Shown one piece after another: positions 12,445 through 23,926 of a stretch of DNA of 64,000 bases; within the stretch, counting starts at the first letter, position 1, and each line of letters starts with the position of its first letter. The notes below the pieces were generated by a model. The model did not search any database, was not told the DNA's origin, and saw nothing but the letters and a program-made list of their open reading frames with translations. The position numbers and the translations under genes were made by a program. Origin of the DNA: Centroscyllium fabricii (lineage: Eukaryota); contig JBNRSN020000012.1 of assembly GCA_051313645.2 (NCBI GenBank), forward strand, positions 147,250,001-147,314,000. Direction: 5' to 3'.

Positions 12445-13188
12445 GGCGTTTGCGGTTCTGACCTCCTCCTCAAAGCGAAGTTAAATCGGCCGCCATCCGT
12501 CCGTGAGTAGCCCGGCGTGGACGGTAAGATGAGGGAAGGCAGTCGGGAGCGAGCAGGGGAACGGGGAGCCCGGAGGACTCGGGGAGCCGACAAGGCCTCG
12601 GGCCAAGGGCTAGGCCTCAGGCCTCCGGGCGCTGCTCCCGGAGCTCGGCGGACTCGGCTGGAGCCGCGAGGCAAGGAACCAGGGCGTTCGAACGCGCCCC
12701 CCGGAGCCCAAGTTCCGAGAGGGTTCGGGGGGAGCCCAAGAGGCTGGTCACAGGCCTCCAGGCACTTCGGAGCTCGGCGGATTCAGAAGGAGTCAGCATG
12801 CCGGACAAAGGGGCAGGCCCAGGGCCTTCGAATGCTCCACCCGGAGCCCAGGCCTATTGAGATGACGCAGGGGGGTGAGTGAAACAACAGAAGAAGGTCG
12901 GCGAGTGAAACAGCAGAAAGGACCTTTCAGAACCTTAAGAACCTTCAGGTCTTTAAGAACTTTAAGAGCTTTGCGTGCAGCAGTGGCCGGAGCGTTCTGA
13001 GAACGGGACTTGTGATTGATGGCGCTGGTGAGGTGGCTGCCATCTCACGGGCTCCGGGCGTGTCAGGCAGCTTAGTGTTCTTTGTTGCGCGGTGCGTTCG
13101 AACCATGAAAAAAGCATTTCACTGTCTAGATTGCACTTGTATTTAGTACATGTGACAAATAAAAATAAAATTGAAATTGAAATTGATG
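12445..13188 (+). mobile_element. Unclassified GC-rich non-autonomous retroelement with Rex1/Babar-like tail (copy B)
   Basis: Tail CATTTCACTG...ATGTGACAAATAAA(ATTGAA)n; same satellite flanks as copy A. Confidence 0.7.
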
Positions 13189-15560
13189 TCTATTACAAGT
13201 CGACTGGTTTAGGGGTTCTGTTCTATTACAAGTCAACTGGTTTAGTGGTTCTGTTCTATTAAAGGGGGCAGATTTGGGGTTCAGTTCTATTACAAGGTGT
13301 CAGGTTTAGGGGTCCAGTTCGATTTCAAGCCAACCGGTTTAGAGGTTCAGTTCTATTACAAGGTGACACGTTTAGGGGTACAGTTCTATTACAAAGTGTC
13401 ATGTTTAGTGGTTCAGTTCTATTACAAGGTAGCAGGTTTTGGGATTCAGTTCTATTACAATATTTAAAGATTTGGGGTTAAGTTATATTACAAGGTGACA
13501 GGTTTAGGACTTCATTTCTATTACAAGATGGCAGGTTTGGGGTTTCAGTTCTATATCAAGGTGGCAGGTATAGGGGTTCAGTTCTATTACATTGTGGTAG
13601 GTTTAGGGGTTCAGTTCTATTACCATGTGGTAGGTTTAGGGGTTCAGTTCTAATACAAGGTGTTGGGTTTAGGGTTTCAGTTATATTACAAGGCGGCATG
13701 TTTAGGGGTTCAGTTCTATTACTAAGCGGCAGGTTTAAGGTTTCAGTTCTATTAGAATGAGTTAGGTTTAGGGGATCAGTTCTATTACAATTTGTCAGTT
13801 TTTGGGGTTCAGTTATATTACAATGTGGCAGGATTTTGGCTTCAGTTTTATGACATGGCAGCAGGTTTGGGGGTTCAGTTCTATCACAATGTGTCGGGTT
13901 AGGGGGTTCAGTTCAATAACAAGGTGACAGGTTTGGGGGTTCTGCCTATTACAAGGAGGCAGGTTTAGGTCTTCAGTTCTATTGCAATGCAGCAGATTTA
14001 GGGGTTCTGTTCTATGACTAGGTGTCAGGTTTAGGGGTTCAGTTCTATTACAAGAAGGCAGATTTAGGACTTCAGTTCTATTATAAGTTGTATGGTTTAG
14101 GGGCTCAGACCTATTACAAGGTGAAAGGTTTAGGGGTTCAGTTCTATTAAAGGGGCAGGTTTGGGGTTCAGTTCTATTACAATTTGTCAGTTTTCGGGGT
14201 TCAGTTCTAGTACAAGCCGACAGGTTAAGGAGTTCAGTTCTCACAAGGTGACAGGTTTAGGGGTTTAGTTCTAATACTAGGCAGTTGTCTTAGAAGTTAA
14301 TTTCTATTACAAGCCGACTGATTCAGTTCTATTGCAAGTGTCATTTTCAGGGGTTTAGTTCTATAACTAGGCGGTATATTTAGGGGTTTAGTTCTATTAC
14401 AAGGTGGCGGGTTTGGGGGTTTATTTCTATTATTGGTGTCAGGTTAAAGGATTCCATTCTATTACAAGGTGGCAGGTTTGGGCATTCAGTTCTATGACAA
14501 GGTATCAGGTTTGCGGGTTCAGTTCTTTTATTGGTGTCAGGTTTAACGGTTCCATTCTATTACAAGGCGGCAGGTTTAGGGTTTCAATTCTATTACAATG
14601 TGTCAGGTTTGCAGATTCAGTTCTGTTACAAGGCAACAGGTTTAGGGGTACAGTTCTATTACAAGGTGGCAGGTTTGGGGATTCAGTTCTATTACAAGGT
14701 GGTTGTTTTAGTGGTTCAGTTCTATTACAAGGTCACAGGTTTAGGGGTTCAGTTCTATTACAAGGCAGCAGCTTTTCAGGATTCAGTTCTATTACAAGGC
14801 AGCATGTTTAGAGGTTCTGTTTTCTTATAAGGCGGCAGGCTTGGGGGCTCAGTTCTATTCCAAGGTGGCAGGATTAGGGGTTCAGTTATATTAGAAGGTG
14901 GCAGGTTTAGGGAATCAGTTGTATTAAAAGGGGCAGGTTTGGGGTTCAGTTCTATTACTAGGTGGTACATTTAAGCGTTCAGTTCTATTACAAGTCAACA
15001 ATTTTGGGGGTTCAGTTTTATTACAAGGTGGCATGTTTAGGGGTTCAGTTCTATTACAAAGTGACAGGTTTAGGGGGTCCGTTCAATTATTAGGCAGCAG
15101 GTTTAGGGTATGGTTCTATTACAAGGTGGCAGGTTTGGGGGTTCCATTCTATTACAAGGTGGCAGATTTAAGGGTTCCATTCTACTACATGGTGCCAGTT
15201 TTCGGGTTTCAATTCTATTACAAGCTGACAGGTTTAGGGGTTCAGTTCCATTACAAGGTGCCAGTTTAGGGTTTCAGTTCTATTAAAGGGGGCAGTTTGG
15301 GGGGTTCAGTTCTATTACAAGGTGCCAGGTTTGGGGGTTCAGTTCTATTGCAAGGTGGCAGGTTTGGGGGTTCAGTTCTATTACAATGTGGCAGGTTTGG
15401 GGCTTCAGTTCTATTACAAACTGTCAGGTTTAGAAGTTCAGTTCCATTACAAGCTGACCGATTTAGGGGTTCTGTTCTATTGCAGTGTGCCAGTTTTAGG
15501 GGTTCAGTTCTATTAAAGGGGACAGGTTTGGGGGTTCAGTTATATTACTAGGCGGCAGGT

Positions 15561-17386
15561 TAGAAACATAGAAACATAGAAAATAGGTGCAGGAGTAGAC
15601 CATTCAGTCCTTCGAGCCTGCACCACCATTTAATGCGTTCATGGCTGAACATGCTACCTCAGTACCCCATTCCTGCTTTCTCGCCATACCCCTTGATCCC
15701 CCTAGTTGTGAGTATTATATCTAACTCCCTTTTGAATATATTTAGCGAACTGGCTTCAACAACCTTCTGTGGCAGAGAATTCCACAGATTCACCACTCTC
15801 TGGGTGAAGACGTTCCTCCTCATCTCAGTCTTAAATGGCCTCCCCTTTATCCTTAGACTGTGACCCCTGGTTCTAGTCTTCCCTAACATTGGAAACATTC
15901 TGCCCGCATCTAACTTGTCTAAACCAGTCAGGATTTTAAATGTCTCTATAAGATCCCCCCTCATTCTTCTGAACTCCAGACGATACAAGTTCAGTTAATC
16001 CAGTCATTCTTGATATGTCAGTCCGGCCATCCCAGGAATCAATCTAGTGAACCTTCGCTGCACTCCCTCAATAGCAAGAATGTCCTTCCTCATGTTAGGA
16101 GACCAAAACTGCACACAATACTCCAGGTGTGGCCTCACCAAGGCCCTGTACAACTGTAGCATCACCTCCCTACTCCTGTACTCAAATCCCCTTGCTATGA
16201 AGGCCATCATGCCATTTGCTTTCTTGAACGCCTGCTGCACTTGCATTCCCACCTTCAGTGACTGATGTACCATGATGCCCAGGTCTCGTTGCACCTCCCT
16301 TTTCCCTAATCTGCCACCATTCAGATAATAGTCTGCCTCTCTATTTTTACCACCAAAGTGGATAACCTCACATTTATCTACATTGTACTTCATCTGCCAT
16401 ACATTTGCCCATTCACCCAACCTGTCCAAGTCACTCTGTAGCCTCCTAGCATCCTCCTCATTGTTCACACTGCCTCCCAATTTAGTGTCATCCGCAAATT
16501 TGGAGATACTACAATTAATCCCTTCATCCAAATCATTAATATATAATGTAAACAGCTGGGGCCCCAGCACCGAACCCTGCGGTACCCCGCTGGTCACTGC
16601 CTGCCATTCTGAAAAGTACCCATTTACTCCTACTCTTTGTTTCCTGTGTGCCAACCAGTTCTCAATCCACTTCAACACATTACCCCCAATCCCATGTGCT
16701 TTAACTTTGCACACCAATGTCTTGTGTGGGACCTTGTCGAAAGCCTTCTGAAAGTCCAAATACACCACATCTACTGGTCCCCCCCACCCCGCCCCCACCC
16801 CCCGCCCCCGTCCACCCTATTGGAAACATCCTCCAAAAATTCCAGAAGATTTGTCAAGCATGATTTCCCTTTCACAAATCTATGCTGACTTGGACCTATC
16901 ATGTCGCCACTTTCCAAATGGTCTGCTATGACATCCTTCAATTCAATTCAATTCAATTCAAGTTTTATTGTCATTGCAGAGTACTAGTACAATACAACGA
17001 GACGAAGACTCGACTCTCCCGAGAGTAGTGCAAACAAAATAAATAAATTACATGAAAATTGCATACAGTAAAGTTCATTATCAGGCGTGCAGGTACCGGA
17101 GTTTCTTTTTAGAGTTCAGGAGGCTGACAGCCCTGGGGAAGAAGCTGTTCTGAAATCTAGTCGTGCGGGTGCAAATTGCTCTGTAGCGTCTCCCAATAAT
17201 CTCCCAATAGTCTCCCAATAATCCTTAATAATTGATTCCATTATTTTACCCATCACCGATGTCAGGCTGTTTTCTCCCTCCCTCCTTTTTTAAAAAGAGG
17301 GGTTACATTAGCCACCCTCCACTCCATCGGAACTGATCCAGAGTCTAAGGAATGTTGGAAAATGATTGTCAATGCATCCACTATTT
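15561..17386 (-). mobile_element. 5'-truncated CR1 (HER1-like) LINE, subfamily 1
   Basis: RT motifs LDFQKAFD, GVPQGS, FADD, YCVQFWSP; (TTTCTATG)n tail; in-frame stop; nested Rex1 fragment. Confidence 0.95.
16939..17220 (-). mobile_element. Rex1/Babar LINE 3' fragment nested in the CR1
   Basis: Minus strand encodes GRRYRAICTRTTRFQNSFFPRAVSLLN (Rex1-type C-terminus) and ends ATGACAATAAAAC(TTGAA)n; TSD ATCCTT (16933-16938 / 17221-17226). Confidence 0.88.
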
Positions 17387-20300
17387 TGAACGGTTTAGGG
17401 GTTCAGTTCTATTACTAAGCAGCAGGTGTAAGGTTTCTGTTCTATTACAATGAGTCAGGTTTAGGGGTTCAGTTCTATTACAATTTGTCCATTTTTTGGG
17501 TTCAGTTATATTTCAATGTTGCAGGATTTTGGGTTCAGTTTTATGACATGGCAGCAGGTTTGTGGGTTTAGTTCTATTACAAGGTGTCAGGTTATAGTGT
17601 TCAGTTCGATAACAAGATGACAGGTTTGGGGGTTCTTTCTATTATAAGGAGGCGTGTTTAGGCCTTCAGTTCTATTGCAATGCGGCAGATTTAGGGGTTC
17701 TGTTCTTTTACTAGGTGTCAGGTTTAGGGCTTCTGTTCTGTTACAAGAGGGCAGATTTAGGACTTCAGTTCTATTATAAGGTGTCTGGTTTTGGGGCTAT
17801 GTTTCGGGGCAATGTGTCAGGTTAAGGGGTTCCGGTCTATTACAAGGTGTCATGTTTAGGGGTTCAGTTCCATTACAATGAGTCAGGGTTAGGGGTTCAG
17901 TTCTATTACAATGTTTCAGGATTTGGGGTTCAGTTATATTACAATGTTTCAGTTTACAGGGTTCAGTTATATATCAATGTGGCAGGTTTAGGGGTTCAGT
18001 TCTATTACAAGGTGGCAGCTTTTCATGATTCAGTTCTATTACAAGGCGGCAGGTTTAGGGTTTCAGTTCTATTACAATGTGTCAGGTTTAGGGGTTCAGT
18101 TCTATTACAATTTGTCAGGTTTTGGGGTTCCATTATATTACAATGTGGCAGGATTTTGGCTTCAGGTTTATGACATGGCAGCAGGTTTGGGGGTTCAGTT
18201 CTATCACAAGGTGTCAGGTTAGGGGGTTCAGGTCGATTACAATGTGTCAGGTTTAGGGGTCCAGTTCGATTTCAAGCCAACAGGTTTAGAAGTTCAGTTC
18301 TATTACATTGTGCCAGGTTTAGGGGTACAGTTCTATTACAAGACGACAGGTTTAGGGGTACAGTTCTATTACAAAGTGTCATGTTTAGTGGTTCAGTTCT
18401 ATTACAAGGTGGCAGGTTTTGGGATTCAGTTCTATTTGTTTAAAGATTTGGGGTTAAGTTATATTACAAGGTGACAGGTTTAGGACTTCATTTCTATTAC
18501 AAGATGGCAGGTTTGGGGTTTCAGTTCTATACCAAGGTGGCAGGTATAGGGGTTCAGTTCTATTACATTGTGGTAGGTTTAGGGGTTCAGTTATATTACC
18601 ATGTGGTAGGTTTAGGGGTTCCATTCTAATACAAGGTGTTGGGTTTAGGGTTTCAGTTATATTACAAGGCGGCATGTTTAGGGGTTCAGTTCTATTACTA
18701 AGCGGCAGGTTTAAGGTTTCAGTTCTATTAGAATGAGTTAGGTTTAGGGGATCAGTTCTATTACAATTTGTCAGTTTTGGGGGTTCAGTTGTATTACAAT
18801 GTGGCAGGATTTTGGCTTCAGTTTTATGACATGGCAGCAGGTTTGGAGGTTCAGTTCTATCACAATGTGTCAGGTTAGGGAGTTCAGTTCGATAACAAGT
18901 GACAGGTTTGGGGGTTCTGCCTATTACAAGGAGGCAGGCTTAGGCCTTCAGATCTATTGCAATGCAGCAGATTTAGGGGTTCTGTTCTATGACTAGGTGT
19001 CAGGTTTAGGGGTTCAGTTCTATTACAAGAAGGCAGATTTAGGACTTCAGGTCTATTACAAGTTGTCTGGTTTAGGGGCTCAGATCTATTACAAGGTGAA
19101 AGGTTTAGGGGTTCAGTTCTATTACAATGAGTCAGGTTTGGGGTTCAGTTCTATTACAATTTGTCAGTTTTCGGGGTTCAGTTATATTACAATGTGGCAG
19201 GTATTGGGTTCAGTTTTATGACAAGGTGGCAGCTTTTCAGGATTCAGTTCCATTACAAGGCGGCAGGTTTAGGTGGTCAGTTCTATTACAAGGGGTCAGG
19301 TTTTGGGGTTCAATTCTATTACAATGTGGCAAGTTTTGTCATTTAGTTCTCTTGAATGTGTCAGATTAAGGGGTTCCGGTCTATTACAAGGTGCCATGTT
19401 TAGGGGTTCAGTTCTATCACAATGTGTCATTTTTAGGGGTTCTGTTTTATTACAAGGTGTCAGGTTTAGGTATCCAGTTCGATTTCAAGCCAACAGATTT
19501 AGGGGTTCAGTTCTATTAAATTGTATGGTTTATGGGTACAGTTCTATTACAAGGCAACAGGTTTAGGGCTACAGTTCTATTACAAAGTGTCATGTTTAGT
19601 GGTTCAGTTCTATTACAAGGTGACAGGTTTAGGGGTACAGTTCTAGTACCAGGTGGCAGGTTTTGGGCTTCAGTTCTATAGCTAAACTGCAGGTATAGGG
19701 GTTCATTTCTATTACAAGGTGGTAGGTTTACGGGTTCACTTCTATTACCATGCGGTAGGTTTATGGGTTAAGTTCTATTACAAGGTGTTGGGTTTAGGGT
19801 TCAGTTATTTTACAAGGCGGCATGTTTAGGGGTTCATTTCTATTACTAAGCGGCAGGTTTAAGGTTTCAGTTCTATTACAATGAGTCATGTATAGGGGTT
19901 AAGTTCTATTACAATTTGTCAGTTTTTGGGGTTCAGTTATATTACAACATGGCAGGTATTGGGTTCAGTTTTATGACATGGCAGCAGGTTTGGGGGTTCA
20001 GCTCTATTACAAGGTGTCAGATTATGGAGTTCAGTTCGATAACAAGGTGACAGGTTTGGGGGTTCTGTCTATTACAAAGAGGCAGGTTTAGGCCTTCAGT
20101 TCTATTGCAATGTGGCAGATTTAGGGGTTCTGTTCTATTACAAGGTGTCTGGTTTAGGGGCTCAGATCTATTACAAGGTGAAAGGTTTAGGTGTTCAGTT
20201 CTATTACAATGAATCAGGTTTAGGAGTTCAGTTCTATTACAATTTGTCAGTTTTCGGGGTTCAGTTATATTACAAAGTGGCAGATTTTGGGTGCAGTGTT

Positions 20301-20469
20301 ATGACATGGCAGCAGGTTTGGGGGTTCAGTTCTATTACAAGGTGTCAGGTTATGAGGGTCAGTTCAATAGCAAGACGACAGGTTTGGGGTTGTCTGTTAC
20401 AAGGGTTTAGCCATTCAGATCTATTACAATGTGGCAGATTTAGGGGATCTGTTCTTTTACTAGGTGTCA

Positions 20470-22730
20470 GGTTTAGGGGTTCAGTTCTATTCCAAGAAGG
20501 CAGATTTAGAACTTCAGTTCTATTACAAGATGTCTGGTTTAGGGGCTCAGATCTATTACAAGGTGAAAAGTTTAGGGGTTCAGTTCGATTACAATGAGTC
20601 AGGTGTAGGGGTTCAGTTATATTACAATATGCCAGGTTTAGGGGTTCAGCTATATTACAAGGTTTCAGTTTTCAGGATTCAGTTATATATCAGTGTGGCA
20701 GGTTTAGGGGTTCAGTTCTATTACAAGGTGGCAGCTTTTTCAGGGTTCAGTTCTATTACACGGCAGCAGGTTTAGGTGGTCAGTTCTATTACAAGGTGTC
20801 AGGTTTACGAGTTCAGTTCTATTACAATGTGGCAAGTTTAGGCGTTCAGTTCTCATGGATGTGTCAGGTTAAGGGGTTCCGGTCTATTGCAAGTTGTTGT
20901 GTTTAGAGGTTCAATTCTTTTACAATTTGTCATTTTTAGGGGTTCCGTTTTATTACAAGGTGTCAGGTTTAGGGGTCCAGTTCGATTTCAAGCCAACATG
21001 TTTTAAGGTTCAGTTCTATTACATTTTGTCAGGTTTAGGGGTACAGTTCGATTACAAGGAGGCAGGTTCAGGGGTACAGTTCTATTACAATGTTTCACGA
21101 TTTGGGGTTCAGTTATATTGCACGGTGACAAGTTTAGGGGTACAGTTCTATTACAACACTGCAACTTTAGGGGTTCGTTTGTATTGCAAGGTGTCATGAT
21201 TAGGGGTTCATTTATATTACAACTGTGCAGGTTTAGGGGTTCAGTTGCATTACAAGGTGGCAGGTTTTGGGCTTCATTTCTATTACAAGATTGCATGTTT
21301 GGGGGTTCGGTTCTATTCCAGGGTGGCAGGTGTAGGGGTTCAGATATATTACAAGGTGGAAGGTTTAGGGGTTCAGTTCTATAACCATGTGGTAAGTTTA
21401 GGGTTCCATTCCATTACAAGGTGTCAGGTTTCGGGGTACAGTTATATTACAAGTTGGCAGGTTTACAGGTTCAGTTGTATTACAATGTGTCAGGTTTAGG
21501 GGTTCAGTTCTATTACAAGGTGACAGATTTATGGGTTCAATTCAGTTTCAAGCTAGCAGGTTTATGGATTCAGTGCTTTTACAATGTGTTAGGTTTAGGG
21601 GTACCGTTCTATTACAAGAAGGCAGATTTAGAACTTCAGTTCTATTACAAGATGTCTGGTTTAGGGGCTCAGATCTATTACAAGGTGCGCCGTTTAGGGG
21701 TTCAGTTCTATTACAATGAGTCAGGTGTAGGGGTTCAGTTCTATTACAATGTGCCACGTTTAGGGGTTCAGTTATATTACAAGGTTTCAGTTTTCAGGAT
21801 TCAGTTATATATCAGTGTGGCAGGTTTAGGGGTTCAGTTCTATTACAAGGTGGCAGCTTTTTCAGGGTTCAGTTCTATTACACGGCAGCAGGTTTAGGTG
21901 GTCAGTTCTATTACAAGGTGTCAGGTTTACGAGTTCAGTTCTATTACAATGTGGCAAGTTTAGGCGTTCAGTTCTCATGGATGTGTCAGGTTAAGGGGTT
22001 CCGGTCTATTGCAAGTTGTTGTGTTTAGAGGTTCAATTCTTTTACAATTTGTCATTTTTAGGGGTTCAGTTTTATTACAAGGTGTCAGGTTTAGGGGTCC
22101 AGTTCGATTTCAAGCCAACATGTTTTGAGGTTCAGTTCTATTACATTTTGTCAGGTTTAGGGGTACAGTTCGATTACAAGGAGGCAGGTGCAGGGGTACA
22201 GTTCTATTACAATGTTTCACGATTTGGGGTTCAGTTATATTGCACGGTGACAAGTTTAGGGGTACAGTTCTATTACAACACTGCAACTTTAGGGGTTCAT
22301 TTGTATTGCAAGGTGTCATGATTAGGGGTGCATTTATATTACAACCGTGCAGGTTTAGGGGTTCAGTTGCATTACAAGGTGGCAGGTTTTGGGCTTCATT
22401 TCTATTACAAGATGGCATGTTTGGGGGTTCAGTTCTATTCCAGGGTGGCAGGTGTAGGGGTTCAGATCTATTACAAGGTGGAAGGTTTAGGGGTTCAGTT
22501 CTATTGCCATGTGGTAAGTTTAGGGGTTCCATTCCATTACAAGGTGCCAGTTTAGGGGTACAGTTATATTACAAGTTGGCAGGTTTACAGGTTCAGTTGT
22601 ATTACAATGTGTCAGGTTTAGGGGTTCAGTTCTATTACAAGGTGACAGATTTATGGGTTCAATTCAGTTTCAAGCCAGCAGGTTTATGGATTCAGTGCTT
22701 TTACAATGTGTTAGGTTTAGGGGTACAGTT
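20470..22730 (+). repeat. Tandem higher-order duplication, period 1122 bp (34 x 33)
   Basis: Diagnostic variants recur at +1122 (20496/21618, 20894/22016, 21541/22663); outer limits approximate. Confidence 0.9.
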
Positions 22731-23524
22731 CTATTACAAGTTGGCAGGTTTACGGGTTCAGTTCTATTACAATGTGTCAGGTTTAGGGGGTCAGTTCTAT
22801 TACAATGACAGATTTATGGGTTCAATTCAGTTTCAAGCCAGCAGGTTAATGGATTCAGTACTTTTACAATGTGTTAGGTTTAGGGGTACTATTACAAGGC
22901 AACAGGTTTAGGGGTACAGTTCTATTACAAAGTGTCCTGTTTAGTGGTTCAGTTCTATTACAAGGCGGCTGTTTTAGGGGTTCCATTCTATTACAAAGTC
23001 GCAGGTTTAGGGATTCAATTCTATTACAGGGCGGCAGGTTTAAGGTTTCAGTTCTATTACATGGCGGCAGGTTTACGGGTTCAGTTCTCTTACAAGGCGA
23101 CAGGCTTAGTGGCTCAGTTTTATTACAAGGTGGCAGTTTAGGGGTTCGGTTATATTACAAGGTGTCAGGTATAGGGGTTCAGTTCTATAACAAGGCAAAA
23201 TGTTTAGGGGTTCAGTTAAAATACAAGATTGCCGGTTTAGGAGTTCAGTTGTATTAAATGGTGGCAGGTTTAGGGGTTCCGGTCTATAAAAAGGTGGCAC
23301 CTTTAAGGGTTCAGTTCTATTACAAGGTGGCAGGTTTAGGGGTTCCGTATTTTTACAATGTATCAGGATTAGGGGCTCAATTCCATTACAAGGTGTCAGT
23401 TTTTGGAGTTCAGTTATATTACAATGTGGCAGGATTATGGGTTCAGTTTTATGACATGGCATAAGGTTTGGGGGTTCAGTTCTATTAAAGGTGGCAGGTT
23501 TAGGACTTCAGGTCTCTTCAATGT

Positions 23525-23926
23525 GGGCGGCACGGTGGCACAGTGGTTAGCACTGTTGCCTCACAGCACTGGAGACCCGGGTTCAAATCCAGCCTCGGGT
23601 GACTATTTGTGTGGAGTTTGCACATTCTCCCCGTGTCTGCGTGGGTTTCCTCCGGGTGCTCCGGTTTCCTCCCACAGTCCAAAGATGTGCGGGTTAGGTT
23701 GATTGGCCAGGATAAATTGACCCTTAGTGTTAGGGGCATTAAATATGTGGGGTTACAGGGATAGGGTGGGATATGTGTCGATATAGGGATCGAGGGATAT
23801 GGGGAGGGGGTAGGGGCAGGGTGCTGGGTTTGGATGATCAGCCATGATCTCATTGAATGGCGGAGCAGGCTCGAAGGGCCGAATGGCCTACTCCTGCTTC
23901 TAGTTTCTATGTTTCTATGTTTCTAT
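23525..23926 (+). mobile_element. Full-length V-SINE (HE1-like)
   Basis: Starts GGGCGGCACGGTGGCACAGTGG; B box; V-domain; CR1 tail with (TTTCTATG)n; short TSD TGTG. Confidence 0.93.

Noticed and set aside
23525-23600. tRNA gene
   Set aside because: It is the tRNA-derived head of a V-SINE, continuous with the V-domain and LINE tail
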